DNA of 64,000 nucleotides from the NCBI GenBank assembly GCA_040767195.1, contig JAXGPA010000004.1, positions 128,001 to 192,000 on the forward strand, read 5' to 3'. Origin of the DNA: Syntrophales bacterium (GTDB lineage Bacteria; Desulfobacterota; Syntrophia; Syntrophales; UBA6807). Under the pieces are notes generated by a model. The model ran no database searches. It saw only the letters and a program-made list of their open reading frames with translations, and had not been told where the DNA came from. The position numbers and the translations under genes are program-made. Shown here in pieces: positions 1 to 8,123 of this stretch. Position 1 is the stretch's first letter; each line of letters starts with the position of its first letter.

Positions 1-1
1 A

Positions 2-997
2 ACCGTCGTCACCGCCGATGGTGACTTTCCCGCGGATATCGTTCTGACCAACATCGGCGTCCGCTCCAACGTCATGCTGGCCAAGGATGCGGGTCTGGAA
101 ATCGGAAGTTACGGCGGCATCGTCGTGAACGAGCACCTCGAAACGAGCGATCCCGACATTTACGCGGGCGGCGACTGCGTCGAAAATACGATGATGATGA
201 CGGGAAGAAAAGCCTTCGTCCCCATGGGGTCGACAGCGAACAAGCACGGGCGGGTGGTGGCCAACAACATCATGGGACTGGGCGAGACGTTCTCCGGGGT
301 TCTCGGAACGGCCGTCGTCAAGGTGTTCGACTACAACGTGGGTAAAACGGGCCTGACGGAACGGCAGGCCCGTGAAGCCGGTTTCGAAGTCGTCACATCC
401 CTGGTGCCCGCGACGGACAGCCCTCACTATTACCCGACCCATAAGCCGCTCCTGCTGAAGCTCGTGGCGGACAGGAAGTCGAGAAAACTCCTGGGCCTGC
501 AGGTCGCCGGATACGGCGACACAACGAAACGGGTCGATGTGGCCGCGACGGCCCTTTATTTCGGGGCGACCGTCGACGACCTCCCCGCCATCGACCTGGG
601 ATACGCGCCGCCGTATTCAACGGCCATCGACATCGCCGCCCACGCCGCGAACGTCCTCCGCAACAAGATGGACGGGACGGCGAAGGCCGTGACGCCCCTG
701 GAGGTGAAGAAGAAGATCGACAGGGGAGACGAATTCATCTGGCTCGATGTCAGATCGCCCGACGAATACAGGGAAGTCCGTATCGACGATCCCCGGGTCA
801 GGCTCATTCCCCTGGGCGTCCTTCGCCGGCGGTTGAGCGAACTGCCCCGGGACAAGGAAATCATCACCTTCTGCAAGATCAGTCTCCGGGGATACGAGGC
901 TCAAACCATTCTGGACGGCGAGGGGTACACCGACGTCACGTTCATGGATGGCGGGATGGAGGCGTGGCCCTATGACGAGATGATCGTGAGGTCATAG
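2..997 (+). CDS. FAD-dependent CoA-disulfide reductase/NADH oxidase family protein with C-terminal rhodanese domain (5' truncated by window edge)
   Basis: The frame is open from position 2. Motifs TSDPDIYAGGDC, ANKHGR and LGYAPPYS, then rhodanese LDVRSPDEY...FCKISLRG...DGGMEAW. Confidence 0.85.
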   Translation, partial: TVVTADGDFPADIVLTNIGVRSNVMLAKDAGLEIGSYGGIVVNEHLETSDPDIYAGGDCVENTMMMTGRKAFVPMGSTANKHGRVVANNIMGLGETFSGVLGTAVVKVFDYNVGKTGLTERQAREAGFEVVTSLVPATDSPHYYPTHKPLLLKLVADRKSRKLLGLQVAGYGDTTKRVDVAATALYFGATVDDLPAIDLGYAPPYSTAIDIAAHAANVLRNKMDGTAKAVTPLEVKKKIDRGDEFIWLDVRSPDEYREVRIDDPRVRLIPLGVLRRRLSELPRDKEIITFCKISLRGYEAQTILDGEGYTDVTFMDGGMEAWPYDEMIVRS

Positions 998-1027
998 GGA
1001 AACCCCTTCTTTATTTCGACATTGTCC

Positions 1028-1061
1028 GCGAAAGGCCGGTCGACCCGATCCGGCCTTTCGC
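1028..1061. terminator. Stem-loop between convergent genes (possible terminator)
   Basis: GCGAAAGGCCGG-N10-CCGGCCTTTCGC is a perfect 12-bp inverted repeat just after the stop at 997. There is no strong U tract. Confidence 0.5.
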
Positions 1062-1121
1062 ACGGGAAGCCGTCGCGGCCGGATCTCCGGCTTAAGGCAC
1101 ATTTAAGGGAACGCGGCCCCA

Positions 1122-1187
1122 GCGGTGGTTGACGGGGTGATCCAATGGCCACCGGCGGCGGTTGACAGGGCGATTCGGTGGCCGCCG
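1122..1187. repeat. Two tandem 33-bp imperfect repeats, each a hairpin
   Basis: GCGGTGGTTGACGGGGTGATCCAATGGCCACCG / GCGGCGGTTGACAGGGCGATTCGGTGGCCGCCG, 26/33 identical. Confidence 0.75.
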
Positions 1188-1218
1188 ACACCGGCCCCCG
1201 GTCAAATCCGAGAAAGCC

Positions 1219-2148
1219 TTAACCTTTCTCCCGCAGGAAATGCCCATAGATATCTGCCGTTTCTTCCGGTCTCTCGATCATGGGACAGTGCCCGGTGTCC
1301 TTCATGATGATCGTTCTGCTGTTTTTCAGATACTTTTCCAGAAAGGCGACACCCCCCACATCCAGCACGTTGTCCTGCTCCCCCCATATGACGAGAACGG
1401 GCGCCTGTATCTGGGGCAGGACGGGCGCCAGGGTGAGTCGGTGTGGTTCCATGTCTTTCCAGATCTTCCTGTTGAAGTCGCTGCTGGCCGCCCACTCGGC
1501 GGCCATGATTTTCCTGAAAGGGGCCGGAATGATCGGTTTGTCCGAAAATATCATCGCAATGAGCTTGTCGAAATCCTCGGGGTCATCACTGAAAAGCGGG
1601 TTATTGCCTTTTTCAATCTCGATGACGAAATCGCTTTTGTTGGGAGACGGGGCTCCGGCCGGGTTCATGAGGGCAAGCGTCAGAACCTTTTCAGGATACC
1701 TCGCCGCATAGGCGGCGGCAAGGGCCCCACCCATTGAATTTCCCGCCATGTGGAACGTCTCGAGCCCAAGCGCTTCGGCGAATCGATCGATGCGCTCCAC
1801 CTGGCTTTCGATGTCATAACTTGCCGTGAGCCAGCGCGAGCTTTCTCCGAAACCGGGAATGTCAGGGATAACGAGGTGACAACCCTTCAGATGCCTGGCA
1901 AAAGCCGTCCAGTGATCCCTGTCACCTCCGAACCCGTGAAGAAGGATGACCGGTTCCCCTTCGCCCCCTTCCAGGTAAACGATCCGGTGATCCCCGATCT
2001 GGATTTCCTTCGTGGCCAGACCGGCGGCGCGTCTCTGCATGTCCTTGGCCAGTTCGAACGCCGCTCCCGGGAAGAAAGCGTAAAAGGCCGCCATAAGGAC
2101 AGCGGCGACGACAAGGACGCCCAGACCGTACCCCAGGATTTTTTTCAT
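1219..2148 (-). CDS. Alpha/beta-fold hydrolase (lipase/esterase) with N-terminal membrane anchor
   Basis: LLHGFGG oxyanion motif, GNSMGG nucleophile elbow, WGEQD and TGHCP catalytic Asp/His, hydrophobic N-terminus. Confidence 0.85.
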   Translation of the reverse strand: MKKILGYGLGVLVVAAVLMAAFYAFFPGAAFELAKDMQRRAAGLATKEIQIGDHRIVYLEGGEGEPVILLHGFGGDRDHWTAFARHLKGCHLVIPDIPGFGESSRWLTASYDIESQVERIDRFAEALGLETFHMAGNSMGGALAAAYAARYPEKVLTLALMNPAGAPSPNKSDFVIEIEKGNNPLFSDDPEDFDKLIAMIFSDKPIIPAPFRKIMAAEWAASSDFNRKIWKDMEPHRLTLAPVLPQIQAPVLVIWGEQDNVLDVGGVAFLEKYLKNSRTIIMKDTGHCPMIERPEETADIYGHFLREKG

Positions 2149-2635
2149 TTCTTTCCCTTCTTTCTTTTTTTTCGCGGCGGGAGCAGAGCACCTTTTTTAC
2201 CCTACGAGAGGAAAAAGGGTGTGTCAACGGAATTATCCATTTAAATCAAGAAAGCACAGGTCCCTGTAATGGACCGGGGGCGTTTTTTAAAATGCCTGTC
2301 ACGCCTTGCCATATTCGTGAGGCTGTGTAATAGTAAAAGAAGATTTCATTTGGTTACAGATTCCTGACCCCCATCCGGTCCGATTTCGAGTCACCGCACC
2401 CCGCGACACCGGGTTCCACGATTTCCACCGCGAGCCGCATCCGACACGGGAACGTTTTCTATTTGATTTGACTGATGTCGTCATTAAGAAAGATCCCCGA
2501 AGCCTCGCCTTCCCCCTCGACGGAAGCGGGAATTCGGACCCCGGCAGTGCACGGAGACCTCGCAGTTAAGCTGATGAGCGAGGGAACCAGGCACAAAATG
2601 GACACCCGCCATGAAACCCTGGAAGGAGCGGCGGC

Positions 2636-2956
2636 ATGAAAACATGGGCGAGGCTGTTTCTCGGTTTCACTTTTTTGACCGGCTTCATCTCCTGCTGTCC
2701 TTACCTGTACGAACAGGCCGGAGACGGGAGAGGATGGGGCGGCATGATGGGTTACGGCATGGGAGGCATGTTCATGGGGATTCTTTTCCTGATCATCGTC
2801 ATTATCGCAGTCTACCTGGTCATCAGGGTTTTGTCGAAGAACCTGAGCGAATCGGGCGCCGCCGAAACCCCTCTTGACATTCTCAAAAAAAGATACGCCA
2901 GGGGAGAACTCTCCAAGGAAGACTTTGACCGCATGAAAGAGGAGCTTAAAGACTGA
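2636..2956 (+). CDS. Small membrane protein with C-terminal SHOCT domain
   Basis: Gly/Met-rich GWGGMMGYGMGG, one TM helix, C-terminal PLDILKKRYARGELSKEDFDRMKEEL. RBS GAAGGAG. Confidence 0.8.
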   Translation: MKTWARLFLGFTFLTGFISCCPYLYEQAGDGRGWGGMMGYGMGGMFMGILFLIIVIIAVYLVIRVLSKNLSESGAAETPLDILKKRYARGELSKEDFDRMKEELKD

Positions 2957-3067
2957 CGGGGCTTCGACGGGAAGCACCATAAACAGGTTGCGCGGGGGCA
3001 TTCCACCGGAGTGGTGCCGATCCGGAATGAACGGCCCGCGACGACACTTAAAAAAGGAGGAGGGATC

Positions 3068-3478
3068 ATGGCAGACTACAGGATCGAAGACATTGAGGGC
3101 ATCGGTTCCGCCAGGGGGGCGAAGTTTCGTGCCGCCGGAGTGAAGAGCACCGTCGCGCTTCTGAAAAACGCGACAACACGTAAGCAGCGCAAGGCGCTGG
3201 CACAGAAAACGGGACTGGAGGAAGCGCTGATTCTGAAATTTGCAAACATGGCCGATCTGAGGCGGATAAGTGGCGTCGGTTCCAATTACTCGGAGCTGCT
3301 CGAGGCGGCAGGGGTGGACTCGGTTCCCGAACTGGCCAAGCGAAAGGCGGTGAACCTGGCACAGTCGATGATGTCCGCCAATGAAAAGAAAAAGCTTGTC
3401 CGTCAGCTGCCGGGCGAAAAGATGGTGGCCAGGTGGATCGCCGAGGCCAAGACACTGCCCAGGATGCTCACGTATTAA
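3068..3478 (+). CDS. DUF4332-type helix-hairpin-helix protein
   Basis: IEDIEGIG, ADLRRISGVG and LLEAAGVDSVPELA repeats. RBS AGGAGG before ATG 3068. Confidence 0.75.
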   Translation: MADYRIEDIEGIGSARGAKFRAAGVKSTVALLKNATTRKQRKALAQKTGLEEALILKFANMADLRRISGVGSNYSELLEAAGVDSVPELAKRKAVNLAQSMMSANEKKKLVRQLPGEKMVARWIAEAKTLPRMLTY

Positions 3479-3607
3479 TGAATCCTCTGCGGGGGACCGG
3501 CACCGCTGAAACGGCCCTGTAAGCCGACGGGAAAGCCGGTGATGCTGTCAAGTATGAAATGCCAGGGGCGGGCCCCACACCTTGTGCCGGCCTGCCTCAT
3601 TGCCCGG

Positions 3608-5509
3608 TCAAAGAGAACAAACCGACGTCGTAAAATACTCCTTGTCGACGCTGTCGATGAGCCGCCAGCCCATTTGATCCAGGAACGTCCCCACCGCCTG
3701 GATTTCACTTTGAAAAACAAAACAGTAAACCTTGTCTTTCTCTTTGAAGCGCGTGCCGTCCCCGACGGGTGACAGCCTGCCGTTCCGGCGTACCGCGGCG
3801 CCTATCAAGCCGTTACCTGAATAGTTGGAAAAGGCCGGCTTCTCTCCGTCACCGGGCGGTACGGAAACACGCTCCCACACTTGAAGATGAACCTGCCTCG
3901 AATTGATGCGCCGATCCCAGGCGTCCACATCGACCAGCGCCCCGAAGAGGAGCTCGGTACCCGACTTGTGAAGCATTTTTCGTGTCATGGAAACGGTGTC
4001 CGTTTTCAGTGTTGCGAAAAGAGAAACCACCCTGGATTCCTCTTTCACTTTTCGCGCGAAAAGGTAGTTCACCTCCTCGTTGGCGGTTAGCGCCAGCGCT
4101 CCCCGGCGGATGTCGATCTCCGCCCGAAGCAGGTTACGGCTCTGGAGACCGTTGCCATAAATGATACGGGTGCAGTCTTCTTCCGCGGCCTTGCAATGAT
4201 CCACGTTGGAATCGATTAAGACGACCTCCTGGCCGTCTTCCTTGAACAGCTTGGCCAGGGCCCGGGCCAGGGCGTTGGCCCCGAGAATGACCCAGCCCAC
4301 CTGGCTCGGCCGCCGCAGTCCCAGGGCGCCGGCCACGAGGCCCCCGGTAAGCCCCGCGAACAGGACCGTCGCGCCGATGACAAGGAAAACAAGGGCCCGC
4401 AGATCATAGCCGCCGGGCAGTCCCCTGTCGGCAAAGGCGGCGGCGAAGAAGGACGCGACAGCCGCGGCCACGATGCCCCGGGGGCCGATCCAGGCGATGA
4501 AAAGCCGCTCTTTCCAGGACAGCCCGGAAAAAACGGTGCCGGTGAAAACAGCCGCCGGGCGGACCAGGAACATCAATGCCAGGACAACGCCCACGGCGGG
4601 CCAGCCGAGACGGAGGACCTGGGCCAGGCGCACATCGGCTGCGAGAAGGACGAAGAGCATCCCGATGAGCAGGAAGGTCATTTCTTCCTTGAATTCCATC
4701 AGGTCCTGCAGGGCATGGGTTCTGAAATTTCCGATGATGATGCCGGCGGTGGTGACGGCGGCGATGCCGCTTTCCGGCAGGACCAGGTTGCTCCCTTGGA
4801 AAAGGGCCAGGACGACGGCCAGCGTGAAGACGTTTTCCGTGCCTTCCGGGATCAGGCGCCTGACCCGGTAGAGAAACAGCAGGGTTGCACCGACGGCGCT
4901 CCCCAGGAGGGCCCCGAAGCCGAGACGGGAGATGACGTGCCACAGCCACACAACCGGCGTACCATGGGCGGGGCTCAAGGCGGTTTCCAGGGCGACGGTG
5001 GCCACGACTGCCCCGACAGCATCGATGAGAACCCCTTCGGCCTCCAGCACGGTGGCCACCGAACGCTTGACCTTCAAGCGTTTCAAGAGCGGGTTGATCA
5101 CCGTCGGACCGGTCACCATGACCAGGGTTCCGAAAAGAACAGCCGTTTTCCAGGGCCAGCCCATGATGAAATGGACGGCGGCGGCGGCGCCGGACACGGT
5201 GACAACGCCGCCCAGGAGGATCAGCCGGCGGATGGAGTGCTGGAGCCGTTTCAGCTGCCTGAATTTCAGGTTCATCCCGCCTTCGAAAAGGATGACGGCC
5301 ACGGCGAACCCCGTGAGGATATTCAGCGCGGGGCCAAGAGAATCGGGCTGGATGAGACCGGCGCCGTCCGGGCCTAAAGCAACGCCGATACCAAGAAGAA
5401 GAACGATTCCCGGCACGCGCAGGTGATGCGCCAGGGCCTGAACGACCATGCCCGTGGCCAGGGCCAGGGCGATAGTCAGGCCGGGATTGTTAAAAATTGC
5501 CATGTCCAT
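3608..5509 (-). CDS. CPA1 (NhaP-type) cation:proton antiporter with C-terminal TrkA-N/RCK domain
   Basis: About 12 TM helices, AVILFEGG, TGPTVI, LEAEGVLID, IGPRGIVAAA. C-terminal ILGANALAR...VVLIDSN. Confidence 0.85.
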   Translation of the reverse strand: MDMAIFNNPGLTIALALATGMVVQALAHHLRVPGIVLLLGIGVALGPDGAGLIQPDSLGPALNILTGFAVAVILFEGGMNLKFRQLKRLQHSIRRLILLGGVVTVSGAAAAVHFIMGWPWKTAVLFGTLVMVTGPTVINPLLKRLKVKRSVATVLEAEGVLIDAVGAVVATVALETALSPAHGTPVVWLWHVISRLGFGALLGSAVGATLLFLYRVRRLIPEGTENVFTLAVVLALFQGSNLVLPESGIAAVTTAGIIIGNFRTHALQDLMEFKEEMTFLLIGMLFVLLAADVRLAQVLRLGWPAVGVVLALMFLVRPAAVFTGTVFSGLSWKERLFIAWIGPRGIVAAAVASFFAAAFADRGLPGGYDLRALVFLVIGATVLFAGLTGGLVAGALGLRRPSQVGWVILGANALARALAKLFKEDGQEVVLIDSNVDHCKAAEEDCTRIIYGNGLQSRNLLRAEIDIRRGALALTANEEVNYLFARKVKEESRVVSLFATLKTDTVSMTRKMLHKSGTELLFGALVDVDAWDRRINSRQVHLQVWERVSVPPGDGEKPAFSNYSGNGLIGAAVRRNGRLSPVGDGTRFKEKDKVYCFVFQSEIQAVGTFLDQMGWRLIDSVDKEYFTTSVCSL

Positions 5510-5562
5510 GGAACCCGTTCCGTCCTCTTTTTCACACCGAGGCGCCCCCCCTCACGAAAGGG

Positions 5563-5769
5563 TCACCTCCATTCCCTGATCTCCGTCAGGTCCGTTTCTC
5601 TTCCCGGGATAACGGGAACATCCCCTTCCCTGACAACGAAATCGGCTCCGGGAACCATGACGAACCGCTCCGGTAACTGTTCCCTGACAGCGATGATACG
5701 GACCTCGCAGCGTTTGCGCAAGACCGGTTCCTTGAGAGACCTGTCGGCAAAAGACGGCGGCGTGTGGAG
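5563..5769 (-). pseudogene. Remnant of a TrkA/KtrA C-terminal (RCK_C) domain
   Basis: Frame reads PPSFADRSLKEPVLRKRCEVRIIAVREQLPERFVMVPGADFVVREGDVPVIPGRETDL, which follows the RCK_C pattern. No N-terminal NAD-binding half and no convincing start. Confidence 0.55.
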
Positions 5770-5971
5770 ACAGTTACTGCGGCACACACGCCCTGTTCTT
5801 CGGAACTGCCGCTCGCCCCGATTCCTGGCTTTACCGGAAGTATTTTTCTTCGGCGTAGAAACAATCCGGTTGACAGGTCCCCCTTTTTTTGACCTGATAA
5901 GACAAGGGGTTGGGTGGCATCGCTCAATCAGTCCTGTCAAAGAGGGGAAACTAAAACACGGAGGAGGATTT

Positions 5972-6157
5972 ATGAAGCTGTCCACGATTACGGCTGTGAT
6001 TTTCCTCGCGCTGGTGTCGGTCGCTCAGTTGACGCGGTTTTTGCTCCGCGTCGAAGTCAGTGCGGGCGGAACCCTCGTCCCCGTGTGGTGGAGTCTCGCG
6101 GCATTCCTGTTTACGGGGGGACTGGCTGTCTGGCTCTGGCTGGAAAATCGGAAATAA
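5972..6157 (+). CDS. Small 61-aa two-TM membrane protein
   Basis: Strong RBS GGAGGAGG before ATG 5972. Sequence MKLSTITAVIFLALVSVAQL...VWWSLAAFLFTGGLAVWLWLENRK. Confidence 0.7.
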   Translation: MKLSTITAVIFLALVSVAQLTRFLLRVEVSAGGTLVPVWWSLAAFLFTGGLAVWLWLENRK

Positions 6158-6169
6158 CGCCTTCCCGTT

Positions 6170-6210
6170 CAGGGGCCCGCCCCCGGCAGGCGCCGGATGA
6201 CGGGCCCCTG
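6170..6210. terminator. Hairpin between convergent small genes
   Basis: CAGGGGCCCG...CGGGCCCCTG 10-bp inverted repeat between the stops at 6157 (+) and 6218 (-). Confidence 0.45.
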
Positions 6211-6217
6211 TCAGTGG

Positions 6218-6361
6218 TTACGCGAAGGCCGCCGACGTGGCGATCAGGATGCCCGCCGCGAAAAGGATGATCCCCACGGTGGCGCCGGCAGGGGCGACCA
6301 CGACGGGGGCGACCCCCATGAGCAGAAAACCGAGAGCGCATTTTGCTTCTCTTCCGTCCAT
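6218..6361 (-). CDS. 47-aa hydrophobic peptide, last gene of the fdh/formate-channel operon (below ORF-track cutoff)
   Basis: RBS AGGAGGA then ATG. Translation MDGREAKCALGFLLMGVAPVVVAPAGATVGIILFAAGILIATSAAFA*. Starts 12 nt after the previous stop. Confidence 0.6.
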   Translation of the reverse strand: MDGREAKCALGFLLMGVAPVVVAPAGATVGIILFAAGILIATSAAFA

Positions 6362-6373
6362 ATATCTGTCCTC

Positions 6374-6841
6374 CTAAGGGATTTTTTTAATACTCACCGC
6401 CGAAACGAAGGTCCTGTTCGCCGAAAATACATTTTTCACGACCATTCCCAACGCCTCGACACGGTCACTCACCTGAACGGCCTCCGGCGGAGACGTGAAC
6501 ATGACGACCCGGATCCGCCCGGTGTCGTCCTCGATCTGGAAATGAGGCCGGTTCAGCCACTTGAAACTTATTTTTTTGACCGTTCCCAGGATCCTGACAG
6601 CCTCGCCAATCCGGGAAGGCCCGATCGTCCCGATGGCCGCGCGCCGGACCTTTCCGTCAAGATCCCGGCTTGCCTCCATGAAAGACCGGCGGCTCATCCT
6701 GTTGAGCGCGACCGGTATGATCACGAGAAAAGCGAGGGCGGGAACGGCATAAAGCAGGAACGCCGAATCCCCCGTCGCCCAGTATCGCACGACAACCAGG
6801 ACGGCACAAAGGATAAAGACCGCCCATGAAAGAACGGACAT
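6374..6841 (-). CDS. Membrane-anchored OB-fold protein (2 N-terminal TMs)
   Basis: Two hydrophobic helices, then IGEAVRILGTV...FQIEDDTGRIRVVMF...VSDRVEALGMV, an OB-fold strand pattern. Confidence 0.7.
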   Translation of the reverse strand: MSVLSWAVFILCAVLVVVRYWATGDSAFLLYAVPALAFLVIIPVALNRMSRRSFMEASRDLDGKVRRAAIGTIGPSRIGEAVRILGTVKKISFKWLNRPHFQIEDDTGRIRVVMFTSPPEAVQVSDRVEALGMVVKNVFSANRTFVSAVSIKKIP

Positions 6842-6855
6842 TCAAAAGGCCCCTG

Positions 6856-7737
6856 TCATTCCTTCGGGACTTCTTTCCTGAACATGAGGAAATAAACGAC
6901 GCCGATGAAGAGGAAACCGCCGACGATGTTCCCCACGGTAACGGGAAAGATGTTCCAGAGCCAGACGTCGCCCCAGGAGAGGCCGCCGTTCGACTGGAGA
7001 AGGCCGCCGACTTTTTCCACGACGGCGGGATACCAGTCTACGAGGAACTTCCCCGCGGGGAGAAAATACATGTTGGCCACGCAGTGCTCGAACCCGGTGG
7101 AAACGAAGGCCATGATGGGAAACCAGATCCCGAAGAACTTGCCGATCACGTCATCCGCCGTGATGGCGAGCAGGATGGCGATGTTGACGAGGAAGTTACA
7201 CCCGATGGCCTTGAGGAAACACGACCAGAGGCCGGTGGCACCGACCACCTTGTAGGTCAGGATCTTCCCCGTGGCGATGCCGATGGCCGACATCCCGAAG
7301 GCGTTGACCGCCATGGTTCCGTCCGCCTGGCCTGTCACGAAGGGGCCGGCGCACATGATGTAGGCGTAGGCAAACGAACCGACGACATTACCGATGTAGA
7401 CCCAGAGCCAGTTCCGCGCCACATCCCCCCAGGTGGCCCGCTTCATCATGGCCGCCATGGGGACGATCATGCAGTCGCCCGTAAAGAGTTCCATCCCCGT
7501 CAGAACGATGGCGATGAGGCCGACGGGGAAGACGGCGCCGCCGATCAGCTTGGACATTCCGGCGCCCAGGGTTGCCGCCGTCCCGGTCACGCAAACGGTG
7601 CAGAGGGCCCCCCCGATGGCGATGTAGGCGCCCGCCATGAATCCCCGCATGAGATACTGAAAAACAGAGAGCTTCGACTTGTAGACTCCCGCATTCCCGA
7701 CAAGAGCCACCATCTTAGCTGGTGCATTGAAAGCCAT
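6856..7737 (-). CDS. fdhC: Formate/nitrite transporter (FNT) family formate channel, FdhC/FocA-like
   Basis: AGAYIAIG, VFPVGLIAIVLTGMELFTG, AIGCNFLV and GFEHCVANM signatures. Co-oriented with an FDH gene. Confidence 0.9.
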   Translation of the reverse strand: MAFNAPAKMVALVGNAGVYKSKLSVFQYLMRGFMAGAYIAIGGALCTVCVTGTAATLGAGMSKLIGGAVFPVGLIAIVLTGMELFTGDCMIVPMAAMMKRATWGDVARNWLWVYIGNVVGSFAYAYIMCAGPFVTGQADGTMAVNAFGMSAIGIATGKILTYKVVGATGLWSCFLKAIGCNFLVNIAILLAITADDVIGKFFGIWFPIMAFVSTGFEHCVANMYFLPAGKFLVDWYPAVVEKVGGLLQSNGGLSWGDVWLWNIFPVTVGNIVGGFLFIGVVYFLMFRKEVPKE

Positions 7738-7852
7738 ATTTGATCCTCCCGTCCTTATTTTTCGAATTCTGTGTGCCCTCCGGCCCGAAACGCCCTTGGA
7801 AGAGAAACATCCTGAAGTGTCGACCGGGTAACGCGGCGCTCCGTTCTTTTCT

Positions 7853-8095
7853 TCAGCTCACGAAAGCCTCTTTGACCTCTCTCTTCCAGATGCAGAGAAG
7901 CTTGCCCCCGTGATTCTGAACCTGGACCAGTTCCCACTCGCTTTCACCTTCCTGGTCCAGGACCCCCTTGAAATGGTTCAATCCGCCCGGCAGGCCCTTG
8001 ATTTCACAAAACCCTTTTTCGTTGCACTCGATGAACTCGGGGGGGACAATGGCGTTCAGATCCACCATGGTCGTTTTGTATTTCCACCTCGGCAT
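7853..8095 (-). CDS. 80-aa hypothetical protein, DUF4177-like (WKYKT...LDQEGESEWELVQV...IWKRE) with a two-Cys insert
   Basis: RBS AAGGAGGT. Lies between the FDH alpha gene and fdhC. Insert ECNEKGFC. Confidence 0.6.
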   Translation of the reverse strand: MPRWKYKTTMVDLNAIVPPEFIECNEKGFCEIKGLPGGLNHFKGVLDQEGESEWELVQVQNHGGKLLCIWKREVKEAFVS

Positions 8096-8123
8096 GTTGA
8101 TACCTCCTTTTTTAAATAAAGCC

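Noticed and set aside
2520..2635. Possible riboswitch or hammerhead (GGGAA..., CTGATGAG, hairpin CCTCGC...GCGAGG) upstream of the SHOCT gene
   Set aside because: I could not assemble the conserved cores of the cobalamin, fluoride or hammerhead motifs. Only a simple hairpin is supported; an Rfam scan would settle it.
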